Shown here: piece after piece, positions 37,306-46,964 of the stretch
Layout of the letters: each line of letters starts with the position of its first letter
Numbering within the stretch: position 1 is the first letter of the stretch
Assembly: GCA_003171065.1 (NCBI GenBank)
Contig: PMXQ01000149.1
Coordinates: 57,490 to 121,489 of the forward strand
Origin: Chloroflexota bacterium
Lineage (GTDB): Bacteria > Chloroflexota > Limnocylindria > Limnocylindrales > CSP1-4
Reading direction: 5' to 3'
Length of the DNA stretch: 64,000 nucleotides
Made by a program: the position numbers and the translations under genes
Notes under the pieces: model-generated
Database searches by the model: none
What the model was told of the DNA's origin: nothing
Seen by the model: the letters and a program-made list of their open reading frames with translations, nothing else

Positions 37306-38883
37306 GTGAGCCGCAGCGGGCCTCCGCAGAGCGAGCCCCTCTGGGGCGACTTCCCTGTGGACGGGTCCGCGGCTACCTCCGATGGATCGAGGCCGCCCGA
37401 CTGGGCGCTGCCATCGTGGGATTCGATCCCCGCAGACGAGACGGAACCGGCACCACCCTCGCCCGCGCCCGCGCAGGCGCCCGCGCGCGCGGAGCGAGCC
37501 GGGTCCGATGCGGCGCAACAGCCGCGCCCCGAGCCGGCAGGGGGCTTCGCGCTGCGAATCCTCCAGGTCAGCGAGGTTACGCGTGCCGTACGAGACGCAG
37601 TTCGCGCCGAGGACGGGCTGCGCGACGTCTGGGTCGAGGGCGAAGTTGGGCGAGTCACCGTCTCTTCGGCGGGTCACGCCTACTTCACCCTGAAGGACGA
37701 ACGGAGTCAGCTCGCCTGCGTCTTCTTCCGCGACGACCGGCTGAGTTCGCTATTCGAGCCGCGGACGGGGCTGCGAATCGTCGTTCACGGTCGCATCGAC
37801 GTGTTCGAGTTGCAAGGCGTGTACCAGCTGTACGTGGCCGCGCTCCAGCCTGCCGGGTTCGGCGACCTGGCTCTGAGATTCGAGGCGCTCAAGGCGAGGC
37901 TCGCGGCCGAAGGCCTGTTCGACACGGCTCGCAAGCGGCCGCTTCCCATCAGGCCGGCTGTGATCGGCGTGGCCACGAGCGCGACCGGCGCCGTCTGGCA
38001 CGATATCTGCCACGTCGTCGCGCGACGCTGGCCGCTGGCCCGGCTGCTCCTATCACCGTGTCAGGTCCAGGGTGAAGGGGCTGCCGCCAGCGTCGTGGAA
38101 GCGCTGGAACGGCTGGCCCGCTGGGACGCACAGTGTCGCGCGGAAGGTCGGCCGGAGGACGCCCCCGATGTGGTCATTCTGGCCCGCGGCGGCGGCTCGC
38201 TGGAGGATCTGTGGTCGTTCAACGATGAACGCGTCGTACGTGCCGTCGGGGCGCATCCGGTTCCCGTCGTGTCTGGCGTGGGCCACGAGGTGGACGTGAC
38301 GCTGGCCGATTTCGCGGCCGATGTCCGCGCCCCGACGCCATCCGCCGCCGCCGAGCTGGTCGTGCCCGACAGGGCGGAGATGGTGGCAGTCCTGCGTGAG
38401 CTGGCTCGGCGTGCCGGCGTCTGCACGGCCCGCGTCCTCGCGGGCGGACGGGCCGAGGTCGCTGCGGAAGGCCGAGGCCTTGAGCGGCTTCGCCCGTCGG
38501 CCCAGCTGGCGCAGGCCCGCGAGCGCGCCGGCTATCTACTGGATCGGGCAACCCGAGCCTTGCGCGGCGAGATCGGCCGGCGGGCCGATGCGGAGCAGCG
38601 CCTTGCCGCGCGGCTGGGCCCGGTGTTGGCGGTGCAGCTGGCTGCGCGCCGGGCCGGCCTCGAACGAAGCTCGGCGGCGCTGGCCGCCCTCGGTCCGCAG
38701 GCAACGCTGGACCGCGGGTATGCGATCGTGAGGCGCCGCTCGGACGGGGCGATCGTCCGCGGGTCCGACCAGGCGCCGGCGGGCGAGCGGCTCGCATTGC
38801 GCGTCGCCAGGGGCGAGATCGCTGCGAGGGTCGAAAGCGATGCCGGGGCGGCCGGCCGACCGTCGAAACGTGGCGCCGCCTGA
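37306..38883 (+). CDS. xseA: Exodeoxyribonuclease VII large subunit with an N-terminal low-complexity extension
   Basis: OB-fold plus ExoVII catalytic core (VIGVATSATGAVWHD, LARGGGSLEDLW). GTG preceded by AGGAGGA. Confidence 0.85.
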   Translation: MSRSGPPQSEPLWGDFPVDGSAATSDGSRPPDWALPSWDSIPADETEPAPPSPAPAQAPARAERAGSDAAQQPRPEPAGGFALRILQVSEVTRAVRDAVRAEDGLRDVWVEGEVGRVTVSSAGHAYFTLKDERSQLACVFFRDDRLSSLFEPRTGLRIVVHGRIDVFELQGVYQLYVAALQPAGFGDLALRFEALKARLAAEGLFDTARKRPLPIRPAVIGVATSATGAVWHDICHVVARRWPLARLLLSPCQVQGEGAAASVVEALERLARWDAQCRAEGRPEDAPDVVILARGGGSLEDLWSFNDERVVRAVGAHPVPVVSGVGHEVDVTLADFAADVRAPTPSAAAELVVPDRAEMVAVLRELARRAGVCTARVLAGGRAEVAAEGRGLERLRPSAQLAQARERAGYLLDRATRALRGEIGRRADAEQRLAARLGPVLAVQLAARRAGLERSSAALAALGPQATLDRGYAIVRRRSDGAIVRGSDQAPAGERLALRVARGEIAARVESDAGAAGRPSKRGAA

Positions 38884-39050
38884 TGCACGAGCTGCCGTTC
38901 GTCGTGCTGTTGCTGGGGGGCGCCGTTCTGGCATTCGTGTTTGCGATCCGGGTTGGTATCCTGGTGGGGCGTCGTCTGGACCGAGCTCTGGAGGCTCGCG
39001 CCGCGGCCGAAGAGCCCGGGCAAACCGAGGAGGCAAGCGCCGATGAGTGA
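38883..39050 (+). CDS. 55-aa single-transmembrane ORF between xseA and xseB (not on the ORF track)
   Basis: ATG overlaps the xseA stop (TGATG). Sequence MHELPFVVLLLGGAVLAFVFAIRVGILVGRRLDRALEARAAAEEPGQTEEASADE. Its stop overlaps the xseB ATG (ATGAGTGA). Third-position GC about 75%. Confidence 0.45.
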   Translation: MHELPFVVLLLGGAVLAFVFAIRVGILVGRRLDRALEARAAAEEPGQTEEASADE

Positions 39051-39315
39051 GCAGGTGGTGGCCCTCCAGGGCGTCGATGTCGATTCGCTGACGTTTGACG
39101 AAGCTCTGGTCGAGCTGCAGCGGACCGTGGCGGAGCTGGAGCAGGGCGGCCTGGCTCTCGAGCGTTCGATCGAGCTGTACGAGCGCGGCGTCGCCCTTCA
39201 CGAACGCTGCGCCGGGCTTCTCGGTCAGGCGGAGCTCCGAGTTCAGCGTCTGTTGGAGCGCGCTGCGGGTCAGCTCGCCGTCGTCGAGGCCAGGTCCGAG
39301 GAACAGGCGGACTAG
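39043..39315 (+). CDS. xseB: Exodeoxyribonuclease VII small subunit
   Basis: FDEALVELQRTVAELEQGGLALERSIELYERGVAL is the canonical XseB helix. Confidence 0.85.
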   Translation: MSEQVVALQGVDVDSLTFDEALVELQRTVAELEQGGLALERSIELYERGVALHERCAGLLGQAELRVQRLLERAAGQLAVVEARSEEQAD

Positions 39316-39342
39316 CTGTAGACTGCCCTGCAGACGATTTGA

Positions 39343-41556
39343 GTGGCGCTCGACCGACCGGCGAGAACGCCTCCGCAGCAAGGGCGAAAAGGGGGTTCGT
39401 CCGGGAGTGATGACTTGGCAATCCTGCCCACTCTGCAGGGCCCGAGCGACTTGCGGGGCCTCAGCTACGAGGAGCTGAACGGCCTTGCCGCCGAAATCCG
39501 CGAGTACATAATCGCCACGGTCTCCAAGACTGGCGGTCATCTGGGCTCCTCGCTGGGCGTGGTCGAGGTGGCAATCGCGCTGCATCGTGTGCTCGAGTCG
39601 CCGCGCGACAAGATCGTTTGGGATACCGGGCATCAGGCCTATGCGCACAAGCTGCTGACGGGGCGCTATGCCAGGTTCGGCACGTTGCGGCAGCTGGGCG
39701 GAATCGGCGGGTTCCCGCGACGCGCGGAGTCGGACCACGACGTCTTCGACGGCGGGCACGCCGGCACCGGGCTCTCCATCGCCCAGGGTCTTGCCACTGC
39801 CCGCGACCTGCGCCATTCCATGGAGCAGATCGCCGTCGTCGTCGGCGACGCCGCGCTGATCAGCGGGCTCTCGCTCGAGGCTCTCAACGACATCGGCCAC
39901 CGCCAGACTCAGATGCTCATCGTCCTGAATGACAACGCCATGTCGATCAGCCCGACCGTGGGCGCCTTCAGTCAGTACTTCTCCACGCTCAAGCTGTCCA
40001 GCGCCTGGCAGCAGAGCAAGACCGCCTACGACCGAATCGTCGAGTCGCTGCCGGTCGTCGGCCGGCCGGCCCTGAGCCTGTCGCGCCGAATTCGGCGCAT
40101 GGTGGTCAACTTCGCCCAGCCCGGCCAGCTTTTCGAGGATCTCGGGATCACGTACCTGGGGGTCATTCCAGGTCACAACATCCGCGGCCTGGAGCACATC
40201 TTCCGGGCCGCGCTGGAGGTTCCGGGCCCGGTAATCGTCCACGTCAGGACGCGCAAGGGCCGCGGCTATCGCCCGGCGGAGCGCGACCAGATCGGTTTCC
40301 ACGGCGCAGCGCTGCCGCCGATGCCCGAGCTTGCCGACGGCCGCCCGGCCGAAACCCACGCCGGCACCGGCCATCAGCCGATGACAGGAGCGGCCCTGTC
40401 CAGGAAAGACAGCGGCATGCCCGCACCTGGAAAGCCCGATGAAGCCCCGGTCGAGCCGGCGGGCGACGGAAGCTCCGTGCCCGGAGGGGCCGACATGGGG
40501 ACGCCGTCTGCGGCGGCGAGGCTGGCGGCGGCGACGAAGCCACCCAACTACACGTACCACTTCTCCACGGAACTCATCGAGCTGGCGCGGACGGATCGCC
40601 GGATCGTGGCGGTCACGGCCGGGATGCCCACCGGGACGGGCCTTAGCTCGTTCCAGGCGGAGTTCCCGGATCGCTTCATCGACGTTGGGATTGCCGAGCA
40701 GCATGCCGTGGCGCTGTCCGCGGGCATGGCTCTCGCAGGCGAGCGCCCGGTTGTGGCGCTGTACTCCACGTTCCTGCAGCGCGCCTTCGACCAGGAGGTC
40801 CACGATGTCTGTCAGAACGATCTGCCGGTGGTGATCGCCGTCGATCGGGCCGGCCTGGTCGGCGAGGACGGGACGAGCCACCAGGGTATGTTCACGTTGC
40901 CGACCCAGCGCCAGCTGCCGCACATGATCATCGCCAGCCCCAAGGACGAGCAGGAGCTCCGCTCGCTCGTACGGACCGCCTTCGCTCAGGATCATCCGTT
41001 CTCGCTGCATTACCCGCGCGACCCCGGCTTCGGCGTCCCCGAGAGGACCCCGCAGGTTCTCTCGATCGGCGTGGCCGAGGTTCTCCGTGAGGGCACGCGG
41101 ATCTTGATAGTCGGTTTCGGGCCCATCGTGGAGCGCGGTCGCGAGGCGGCCGACATGCTCGAGAAGGACGGCTGGTCGGTGGGGGTCATCAACGCTCGCT
41201 TCGCCAAGCCGCTCGATCGCCAGCTGATCCTGGATCAGGCGCGTGGCAAGAAGCTACTGGTGACCCTCGAGGAGAGCGTTGTGACCGGCGGATTCGGCGC
41301 GGGGGTCCTGGAACTGGTCGAGGAGGCGCGGGTTGCCGACCCGGCCTATCGCGACGTGACGGTTCGCATCGTCGGCATCCCCGCCGACAGGTTCGTGGAT
41401 CATGGGTCCGTGGACGATCTTCGCCGCCTGCTGCGCCTCGATGCGGCCGGCATCGCAGGGCAGATTCGCGAGACCCTGGCAAGAATGCGTGTTACGCCGG
41501 TGGTCCGGGAGGCCGAAATCGCGGCAACAGGGCGCCCCGACACGCCCTCGGCCTGA
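39343..41556 (+). CDS. dxs: 1-deoxy-D-xylulose-5-phosphate synthase with an ~90-aa low-complexity inter-domain insertion
   Basis: TPP-binding GGHLGSSLGVVE, DGG..GLSIAQG, transketolase C-terminus. 737 aa against the usual ~630. Start GTG 39343 (alternative TTG at ~39415). Confidence 0.85.
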   Translation: MALDRPARTPPQQGRKGGSSGSDDLAILPTLQGPSDLRGLSYEELNGLAAEIREYIIATVSKTGGHLGSSLGVVEVAIALHRVLESPRDKIVWDTGHQAYAHKLLTGRYARFGTLRQLGGIGGFPRRAESDHDVFDGGHAGTGLSIAQGLATARDLRHSMEQIAVVVGDAALISGLSLEALNDIGHRQTQMLIVLNDNAMSISPTVGAFSQYFSTLKLSSAWQQSKTAYDRIVESLPVVGRPALSLSRRIRRMVVNFAQPGQLFEDLGITYLGVIPGHNIRGLEHIFRAALEVPGPVIVHVRTRKGRGYRPAERDQIGFHGAALPPMPELADGRPAETHAGTGHQPMTGAALSRKDSGMPAPGKPDEAPVEPAGDGSSVPGGADMGTPSAAARLAAATKPPNYTYHFSTELIELARTDRRIVAVTAGMPTGTGLSSFQAEFPDRFIDVGIAEQHAVALSAGMALAGERPVVALYSTFLQRAFDQEVHDVCQNDLPVVIAVDRAGLVGEDGTSHQGMFTLPTQRQLPHMIIASPKDEQELRSLVRTAFAQDHPFSLHYPRDPGFGVPERTPQVLSIGVAEVLREGTRILIVGFGPIVERGREAADMLEKDGWSVGVINARFAKPLDRQLILDQARGKKLLVTLEESVVTGGFGAGVLELVEEARVADPAYRDVTVRIVGIPADRFVDHGSVDDLRRLLRLDAAGIAGQIRETLARMRVTPVVREAEIAATGRPDTPSA

Positions 41557-41659
41557 TTTCGCTCGCATGCCAGGCGGGTCAGTCCCAGCTCAGCCCGGCG
41601 AATGGCGGCCCGCGCGCGAGAGCAGCACGAGATGATCCGGGTGTGACAGGATTGAGGGC

Positions 41660-42502
41660 ATGAGCCCCGCCGCCCGCCCCGCTAGACAGCGGCTCGACCA
41701 GCTATTGGTCGAGCGTGGCCTTGCCGAATCCAGGACGCGAGCCCAGGCGCTGATTCTGGGCGGCCACGTGCGGGTCGGGGAGGGCGAAGCATCCCGAACG
41801 GATCGCAAGTCCGGTGATCTGGTGGAAACGACGATCGCTCTCGAAGTGGAGGCGCCGCCGCCGTTCGTTTCGCGTGGCGGCATCAAGCTGCGCGCCGCCT
41901 TCGACGCGTTCGGAGTGGAGCCGGTCGGGCTCGTCTGCCTGGACGTGGGGTCGTCAACGGGCGGCTTCACGGACCTGCTCCTGCAGCGGGACGCGAGCCG
42001 CGTCTATGCGGTGGACGTGGGCCGGGGCCAGCTGGCGGAGACCCTCCGGCACGACCCGCGCGTCGTCTCGATGGAGCGGACGAACGCCCGTGCCCTGGGG
42101 CCCGGGATATTGCCGACGGCGGTGGACCTGGCCGTGGTCGATGTTTCGTTCATCTCGCTGGATCGAATTCTCGGTCCGGTGGCCACTTGCTTCGGGCCGC
42201 TCGGCGGCCTCATCGTGGCGCTGGTGAAGCCTCAGTTCGAGGCCGGGCGCAAGCAGGTAAGGGACGGAGTCGTGCGCGACCCGCAGGTGCACCGCCAGAC
42301 GCTCGAGACGGTGGGCCGCCACGCGCTGGCTATCGGCCTGCGGCTGCGCAATGCCGTGGCCTCGCCGATCACCGGACCGGCCGGCAACCGCGAGTTCTTC
42401 GTGGAGCTGGAGGTGCCGGCGGGCTACATGCCGGTCGAGGCCGGACCGGCCGAGCTGCCGCCGGAGTGGTCGCTCAGGTTCGGAGAGCTGGCCGGAGCAT
42501 GA
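41660..42502 (+). CDS. tlyA: TlyA family rRNA 2'-O-methyltransferase (S4 domain plus FtsJ-like)
   Basis: S4 RNA-binding N-terminus (RLDQLLVERGLAESRTRAQALI) and FtsJ motif CLDVGSSTGGFTD. Confidence 0.85.
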   Translation: MSPAARPARQRLDQLLVERGLAESRTRAQALILGGHVRVGEGEASRTDRKSGDLVETTIALEVEAPPPFVSRGGIKLRAAFDAFGVEPVGLVCLDVGSSTGGFTDLLLQRDASRVYAVDVGRGQLAETLRHDPRVVSMERTNARALGPGILPTAVDLAVVDVSFISLDRILGPVATCFGPLGGLIVALVKPQFEAGRKQVRDGVVRDPQVHRQTLETVGRHALAIGLRLRNAVASPITGPAGNREFFVELEVPAGYMPVEAGPAELPPEWSLRFGELAGA

Positions 42503-43344
42503 CGCTCGATCGCATCGGCTTTGCGTACAACCCCACCAAAGAGGCGGCGCTGGATCTGCGTGAGCGTGCCGAGGGCTGGTGCGAGGTGCGGGGCATCGCC
42601 CACTGGGCGGCGCCGGCGGGTGAGACCAAGGCTGTCGTTCGTGAGCTTCCGGATACGGGCGCGCTGGTGGTCCTGGGCGGCGACGGGACTTTCCTGCGCG
42701 CGGCCCGGGCCGTCTCAGAAGTGGACGTGCCACTGCTTGGCGTGAACCTGGGCAAGATCGGCTTCCTGTCGAAGGTCGAGACCGGCGGGATGGAGGCTGT
42801 GCTCGGGCAGCTGGCGGCGGGCGATTTCGAGCTGGAGGCGCGCATGGCGCTTCACGCGGAGATCCATCCGGCGGGCCGGCCGGAGGCGGGCGAGACCTTC
42901 TTCGCCCTCAACGACATTGCGGTGGCGCGCGGTTCACTGGCGCGCGTGTGCCGCATCGAGGTGGAGATCGGGCCGTCGCATCTGGCCACCTTCACGGCCG
43001 ACGGACTGGTCGTCTCGAGCCCCACGGGCTCGACCGGCTACTCGTTCTCGGCGGGCGGCCCGATCGTCGATCCGACCAGCCGCAATCTGATCGTGACCCC
43101 GATTGCGGGCTATCTCTCTGCGATCCGATCCGTGGTGGTGAGCCCGAGGCACACGGTCCGCATCCGCATCCTCGACGCGTATGACGTGCTCATGAGCGTC
43201 GATGGACGCGAGGACCGGCGACTGTCGGTCGGCGACGTCGTTTGCGTGTCCGAGATGTCGCGGCCGGTTCGCTTCATCGAGCCGCGTGGCGCCATTCCGT
43301 TCTGGGAGCTGCTTCGCCAGAAGTCGGAGCTGCTGCCGTCATGA
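42499..43344 (+). CDS. nadK: NAD kinase
   Basis: GGDGT motif (VVLGGDGTFLRA), NDIAV, TGSTGYSFSAGGPIV. ATG overlaps the tlyA stop. Confidence 0.9.
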   Translation: MTLDRIGFAYNPTKEAALDLRERAEGWCEVRGIAHWAAPAGETKAVVRELPDTGALVVLGGDGTFLRAARAVSEVDVPLLGVNLGKIGFLSKVETGGMEAVLGQLAAGDFELEARMALHAEIHPAGRPEAGETFFALNDIAVARGSLARVCRIEVEIGPSHLATFTADGLVVSSPTGSTGYSFSAGGPIVDPTSRNLIVTPIAGYLSAIRSVVVSPRHTVRIRILDAYDVLMSVDGREDRRLSVGDVVCVSEMSRPVRFIEPRGAIPFWELLRQKSELLPS

Positions 43345-45170
43345 CCGAGTCTGCGGAGGCGCAGATCGTAGTCGAAACCGCACGTCGTCGGGCGGATGAG
43401 GACGCGGCAGGCGCGGATGCCAGCGTGGACGCCGCCGCAGTTCCGAGTCCCGAGGTGAGCGCGGCCCGACCCATGGCCGCCGGCCGGCTGGCGGAGCTTG
43501 CGGTCCACGACCTGGCCCTGATCGAGAAGCTGCGGATCTCTTTTGAGCCGGGGCTCAATGTATTGACGGGAGAGACGGGCGCCGGGAAGAGCCTGCTCAT
43601 CGATGCCCTGGGGCTGGCTGTCGGGGCGCGCGCCGACACTTCGATGGTGCGCCACGGATGCGAGTCGGCACGCGTGGAGGCGCTCTTCGACCGTGCTCCG
43701 GAGCCTCTGATCTGCGTGCGCGAGGTGTCTGCTGCGGGGCGATCAACCGCCCGGATAGACGATGAATCGGTCACCGCAGCCCGCCTGGCGGGCGTGGCGG
43801 GGCGTCTCGTGGAGATACACGGGCAGCACGACCAGCAGCGGCTCCTCGACGAACGGTGGCAACGTGAGCTGCTCGACGCGTTCGGGGGCCTGGAGGCGGA
43901 GCGGGCGGCCACGACAGCAGCTGTCGAGGCCTGGCGGGTGAACCAGGCCGCCCTGGCCGAGCTTGCGCTGGATCCCCGGGAACTGGCCCGCCGCCTGGAG
44001 TTGCAGGAGCACCAGGTCGCGGAGATCGCGGGCGCGAAGGTGCGAGTCGGGGAGGGGGCGGAGATCCGGGGCCGTCTCTCGTCGGCGCAGCACGCCGAGT
44101 CGATCGCCCGCGGCAGCGCCGAGATCCACGACCTGCTGGCGGGGGAGGGGACCGGCGCTCGGGAAACCACGGCCGAGGCGGCGCGTCGCGCCCGCGACCT
44201 GGCGAAGCTCGACGAACGCTACGAGCTACTTGCCGAGCGCCTCACCGGCCTGGCCGCGGAGCTGGACGACTCAGGCGCGGAGGCGGCCACTCTCGCTGAT
44301 AGCGTCGAGCACGACCCGGCGGCGCTGTCCCGGCTGGAGGAGCGGCTCTCGCTCATCTACTCCCTGGAGCGCAAGTACGGCGAGGACGAGGCGGCCGTCA
44401 TCGCCTACGGCGAGCGAGCGGCGGCCGAGGCCGAACGGCTGCGGACGCTGGAGGTTTCTCGGGAGAGGCGTCAGGCGGAGGCCGCCCGCTTGCTCGAGGC
44501 AGTCGCCACCACTTCGTCGGCCCTGTCACGCGGCCGGCAGACGGCGGCCCAGCTGCTCGCGAAGGCAGTCGAAGAAGCCCTCGGCGGGTTGGGATTCCGC
44601 CAGACTAGCTTCCAGGTGGCCGTGACGCGTCGCGCGCCCGGTCCTGCCGAGCCCGCAGTCGAGGTCGATGGCGAGCGCGTCGCGTTCGACGGCTCGGGTG
44701 TCGACTCGGTCGTCTTCCTGATCGCGCCCAACCCCGGCGAGCCGGCCCGGCCTCTGGCCCGCATCGCCAGCGGCGGCGAGCTCTCGCGCGTCGCCCTGGC
44801 CATCAAGCAGATCCTGGCCGAGGCCGATCACACCCCGACGCTCGTTTTCGACGAGATCGATTCCGGCATCGGCGGACGCGGCGCCGAGCCCGTGGGCCGC
44901 AGCCTGTGGGAGCTGGCGCGTTCGCATCAGGTTCTGTGCGTGACCCATCTCGGCCAGATCGCCGCGTACGCCGACGCCCAGTTCCGGATCGAGAAGCACC
45001 AGCGCGACGGTCGGACCGTGACCGAGGTTCACCGCCTCGGCGTCGACGAGCGGGTCGAGGAGCTGACCCAGATGCTCGCCGGCGCCGAGGGCGGGGCCGG
45101 CGCGCGCGCGAGCGCCGAGGAGCTCCTGGGCAGGGCGGACGCGTGGCGCCGCTCGGCCAGGGTGGAATGA
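43341..45170 (+). CDS. recN: DNA repair protein RecN with an N-terminal extension
   Basis: Walker A GLNVLTGETGAGKS, long coiled coil, C-terminal SMC-like signature. ATG 43341 overlaps the nadK stop; an alternative internal start at ~43476 is possible. Confidence 0.85.
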   Translation: MTESAEAQIVVETARRRADEDAAGADASVDAAAVPSPEVSAARPMAAGRLAELAVHDLALIEKLRISFEPGLNVLTGETGAGKSLLIDALGLAVGARADTSMVRHGCESARVEALFDRAPEPLICVREVSAAGRSTARIDDESVTAARLAGVAGRLVEIHGQHDQQRLLDERWQRELLDAFGGLEAERAATTAAVEAWRVNQAALAELALDPRELARRLELQEHQVAEIAGAKVRVGEGAEIRGRLSSAQHAESIARGSAEIHDLLAGEGTGARETTAEAARRARDLAKLDERYELLAERLTGLAAELDDSGAEAATLADSVEHDPAALSRLEERLSLIYSLERKYGEDEAAVIAYGERAAAEAERLRTLEVSRERRQAEAARLLEAVATTSSALSRGRQTAAQLLAKAVEEALGGLGFRQTSFQVAVTRRAPGPAEPAVEVDGERVAFDGSGVDSVVFLIAPNPGEPARPLARIASGGELSRVALAIKQILAEADHTPTLVFDEIDSGIGGRGAEPVGRSLWELARSHQVLCVTHLGQIAAYADAQFRIEKHQRDGRTVTEVHRLGVDERVEELTQMLAGAEGGAGARASAEELLGRADAWRRSARVE

Positions 45171-45171
45171 G

Positions 45172-46152
45172 ATGGCCGGCGCCGCAGCGGGCCGGACGGA
45201 GGGCGGCGAGGCGCGCCAGACGGCGGGCCAGACGGATCGGCTGCAGGCAGCGATAGAGGAGTACCTGGTCCATCTCCGAGTCGAGCGCGGGCTGTCAGCC
45301 GCGACGCTCCGGGCCTATCGCGCCGATCTGCTGGATTTCGCCGCCAGTCGTGGGGCCGCTGCCGAGTGGGATGCCTCAGCCGGCGTGGCGGTTCGGTATC
45401 TTGGGATGCTGGCCTCGCCGGGCCGTGGTCGCCGGACGCCGCTGCGGCCCACCACTCTCCGCCGGAAAGCGGCGTCTCTGCGTGGGTTCTACCGCTTCTG
45501 CTTCGCGGAAGGGCTGATCGCCACAGACCTGGCCGCGCGGTTCGAGCTGCCGCGACAGCCCCGGCTTCTGCCCGAGGTGCTGACCGTGGAAGAGGTGGAC
45601 GGTCTGCTGGCGATCCGAGCCGGCGATTCGCCCGCCAGCATGCGCGACCGCGCCCTGCTCGAGCTGCTATATGCCAGCGGCCTGCGCATCTCCGAGGCTG
45701 TCGGACTCGATCGGGACGACCTTTCTCTCGAAGATGGACTGGTCCGGGTCGTCGGGAAAGGCGATCGGGAACGACAGGTACCGGTCGGAGAGGTTGCCCT
45801 CGGTTGGCTGCTCCGGTACATCAGCGAGATCAGGCCGGCGTGGCTCGCTCTGGCTACGCCGCCTCTGCCACACGGTGGGCCCTTGTTCCTGTCCGTGCGC
45901 GGCGGGCGGCTCGACCGCCGGAGGGCCTGGGAGATGCTCGTCGCGGCCGCCCGTTCGGCCGGCCTTCAGAATGGAGTCAGCCCGCATACACTACGGCATT
46001 CGTTCGCGACTCACCTATTGGAGGGAGGCGCCGATCTGCGTATCGTTCAGGAGCTGCTCGGGCATGCGAACATCAGCACGACACAGCTGTACACGCATCT
46101 GACCGGCGAACGGATCAAGGACGTCTACGCCCGCGCCCACCCACGGGCCTGA
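45172..46152 (+). CDS. xerD: Tyrosine site-specific recombinase XerD/XerC (chromosome dimer resolution)
   Basis: RHSFATHLLEGGADLRIVQELLGHANISTTQLYTHL with catalytic R..HxxR..Y. Starts 2 nt after recN, a housekeeping context. Confidence 0.8.
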   Translation: MAGAAAGRTEGGEARQTAGQTDRLQAAIEEYLVHLRVERGLSAATLRAYRADLLDFAASRGAAAEWDASAGVAVRYLGMLASPGRGRRTPLRPTTLRRKAASLRGFYRFCFAEGLIATDLAARFELPRQPRLLPEVLTVEEVDGLLAIRAGDSPASMRDRALLELLYASGLRISEAVGLDRDDLSLEDGLVRVVGKGDRERQVPVGEVALGWLLRYISEIRPAWLALATPPLPHGGPLFLSVRGGRLDRRRAWEMLVAAARSAGLQNGVSPHTLRHSFATHLLEGGADLRIVQELLGHANISTTQLYTHLTGERIKDVYARAHPRA

Positions 46153-46196
46153 GAGCGAAATCGCCCGACGGTGGACGGGCACAGAAGGAGACGAGG

Positions 46197-46886
46197 ATGA
46201 GCTACGCGGAAACGTTGATGGCAAAGGACGAGCAGATCCTCTACCGAGGCAGGCAGCACTGGCTGGCGCCCCTTTCCGACTCGTTGCGGCCTATCGTGCT
46301 CGTACTCTTGGGGCTGGTGATCTTCTTCCTGGCCACACTCTGGAAGGCCAGCGGCACCGTCTGGCAGATCATGGCTGGCCTGAGCGCCCTGCTCTTCATC
46401 ATTGGCATCATCTGGATCGCCATCGTGTACCTCACCTGGCGCGCCGAGGAGTACCTCGTCACCGGTCGCCGGGTGCTCAAGGTCCAAGGCCTGCTGGACA
46501 AGAAGAGCGGCGATGCCTCGCTCGACAAGATCAACGACGCGGTCCTCAAGCAGGGCTTGCTCGCCAGAATGCTCCGCTACGGCGACCTGGAGATTTTGAC
46601 CGGCAACGACGATGCGATCGACCTCTACCACATGCTCTCCCACGTGGTCGACTTCAAGAAGGCGATGCTGAACGCCAAGAACGATCTCGAGGATGGTTAT
46701 CGTGGGTCGGCAAGCAGCCCAAGCCCGGCTGCTGCCGCGCCGAGCGTCCCCGTTGCGACGGGCAAGTCTTCGAGTTCGGACGATGTGGCCGCCACGCTCG
46801 CCAAGCTGGCCGACCTGCGTGACAAGGGCGCGATCACTCCTGCGGACTACGAGGCCAAGAAGGCCGAGCTGCTCGGCCGCCTGTAG
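46197..46886 (+). CDS. Membrane protein with a bacterial PH domain (bPH_2/YdbT-like, two transmembrane helices) fused to a C-terminal SHOCT domain
   Basis: Two transmembrane helices, a PH-like core (VTGRRVLKVQGLLDKKSGDASLDKINDA), Ser/Pro linker and the SHOCT motif LAKLADLRDKGAITPADYEAKKAELLGRL. ATG preceded by AAGGAGACGAGG. The upstream part of track ORF 45366.. is rejected. Confidence 0.75.
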   Translation: MSYAETLMAKDEQILYRGRQHWLAPLSDSLRPIVLVLLGLVIFFLATLWKASGTVWQIMAGLSALLFIIGIIWIAIVYLTWRAEEYLVTGRRVLKVQGLLDKKSGDASLDKINDAVLKQGLLARMLRYGDLEILTGNDDAIDLYHMLSHVVDFKKAMLNAKNDLEDGYRGSASSPSPAAAAPSVPVATGKSSSSDDVAATLAKLADLRDKGAITPADYEAKKAELLGRL

Positions 46887-46964
46887 CTCGAGACGTTTCA
46901 TCGCGGGGAGCGACGGGCGGCACGGTAGGATACCTCCGCCCGTCCCGCAGCCGAGAGGTAGAGC

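Noticed and set aside
38536-41010. 824-aa minus-strand ORF spanning antisense of xseA, xseB and dxs. Similar long antisense ORFs occur at 2976..4382, 8876..9940, 9762..10949, 10959..12182, 15037..16314, 27346..28506, 43274..44170, 46125..47873, 54262..56286, 57963..59999 and 60450..61970.
   Set aside because: These are classic high-GC shadow ORFs: stop codons are AT-rich and are depleted on the antisense strand of GC3-rich genes. The translations are Arg/Pro/Gly/Ala-rich low-complexity sequence with no motifs. The sense-strand genes have unambiguous conserved domains and operon structure.
45172-46152. Tyrosine recombinase as a possible mobile-element integrase.
   Set aside because: The sequence and context (immediately after recN, followed by scpAB) fit chromosomal XerD/XerC dimer resolution. 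There are no flanking repeats, phage genes or tRNA.
45366-46196. N-terminal 277 aa of track ORF 45366..46886.
   Set aside because: It overlaps xerD in another frame. The real gene starts at ATG 46197 with a good ribosome-binding site and is a PH-SHOCT membrane protein.
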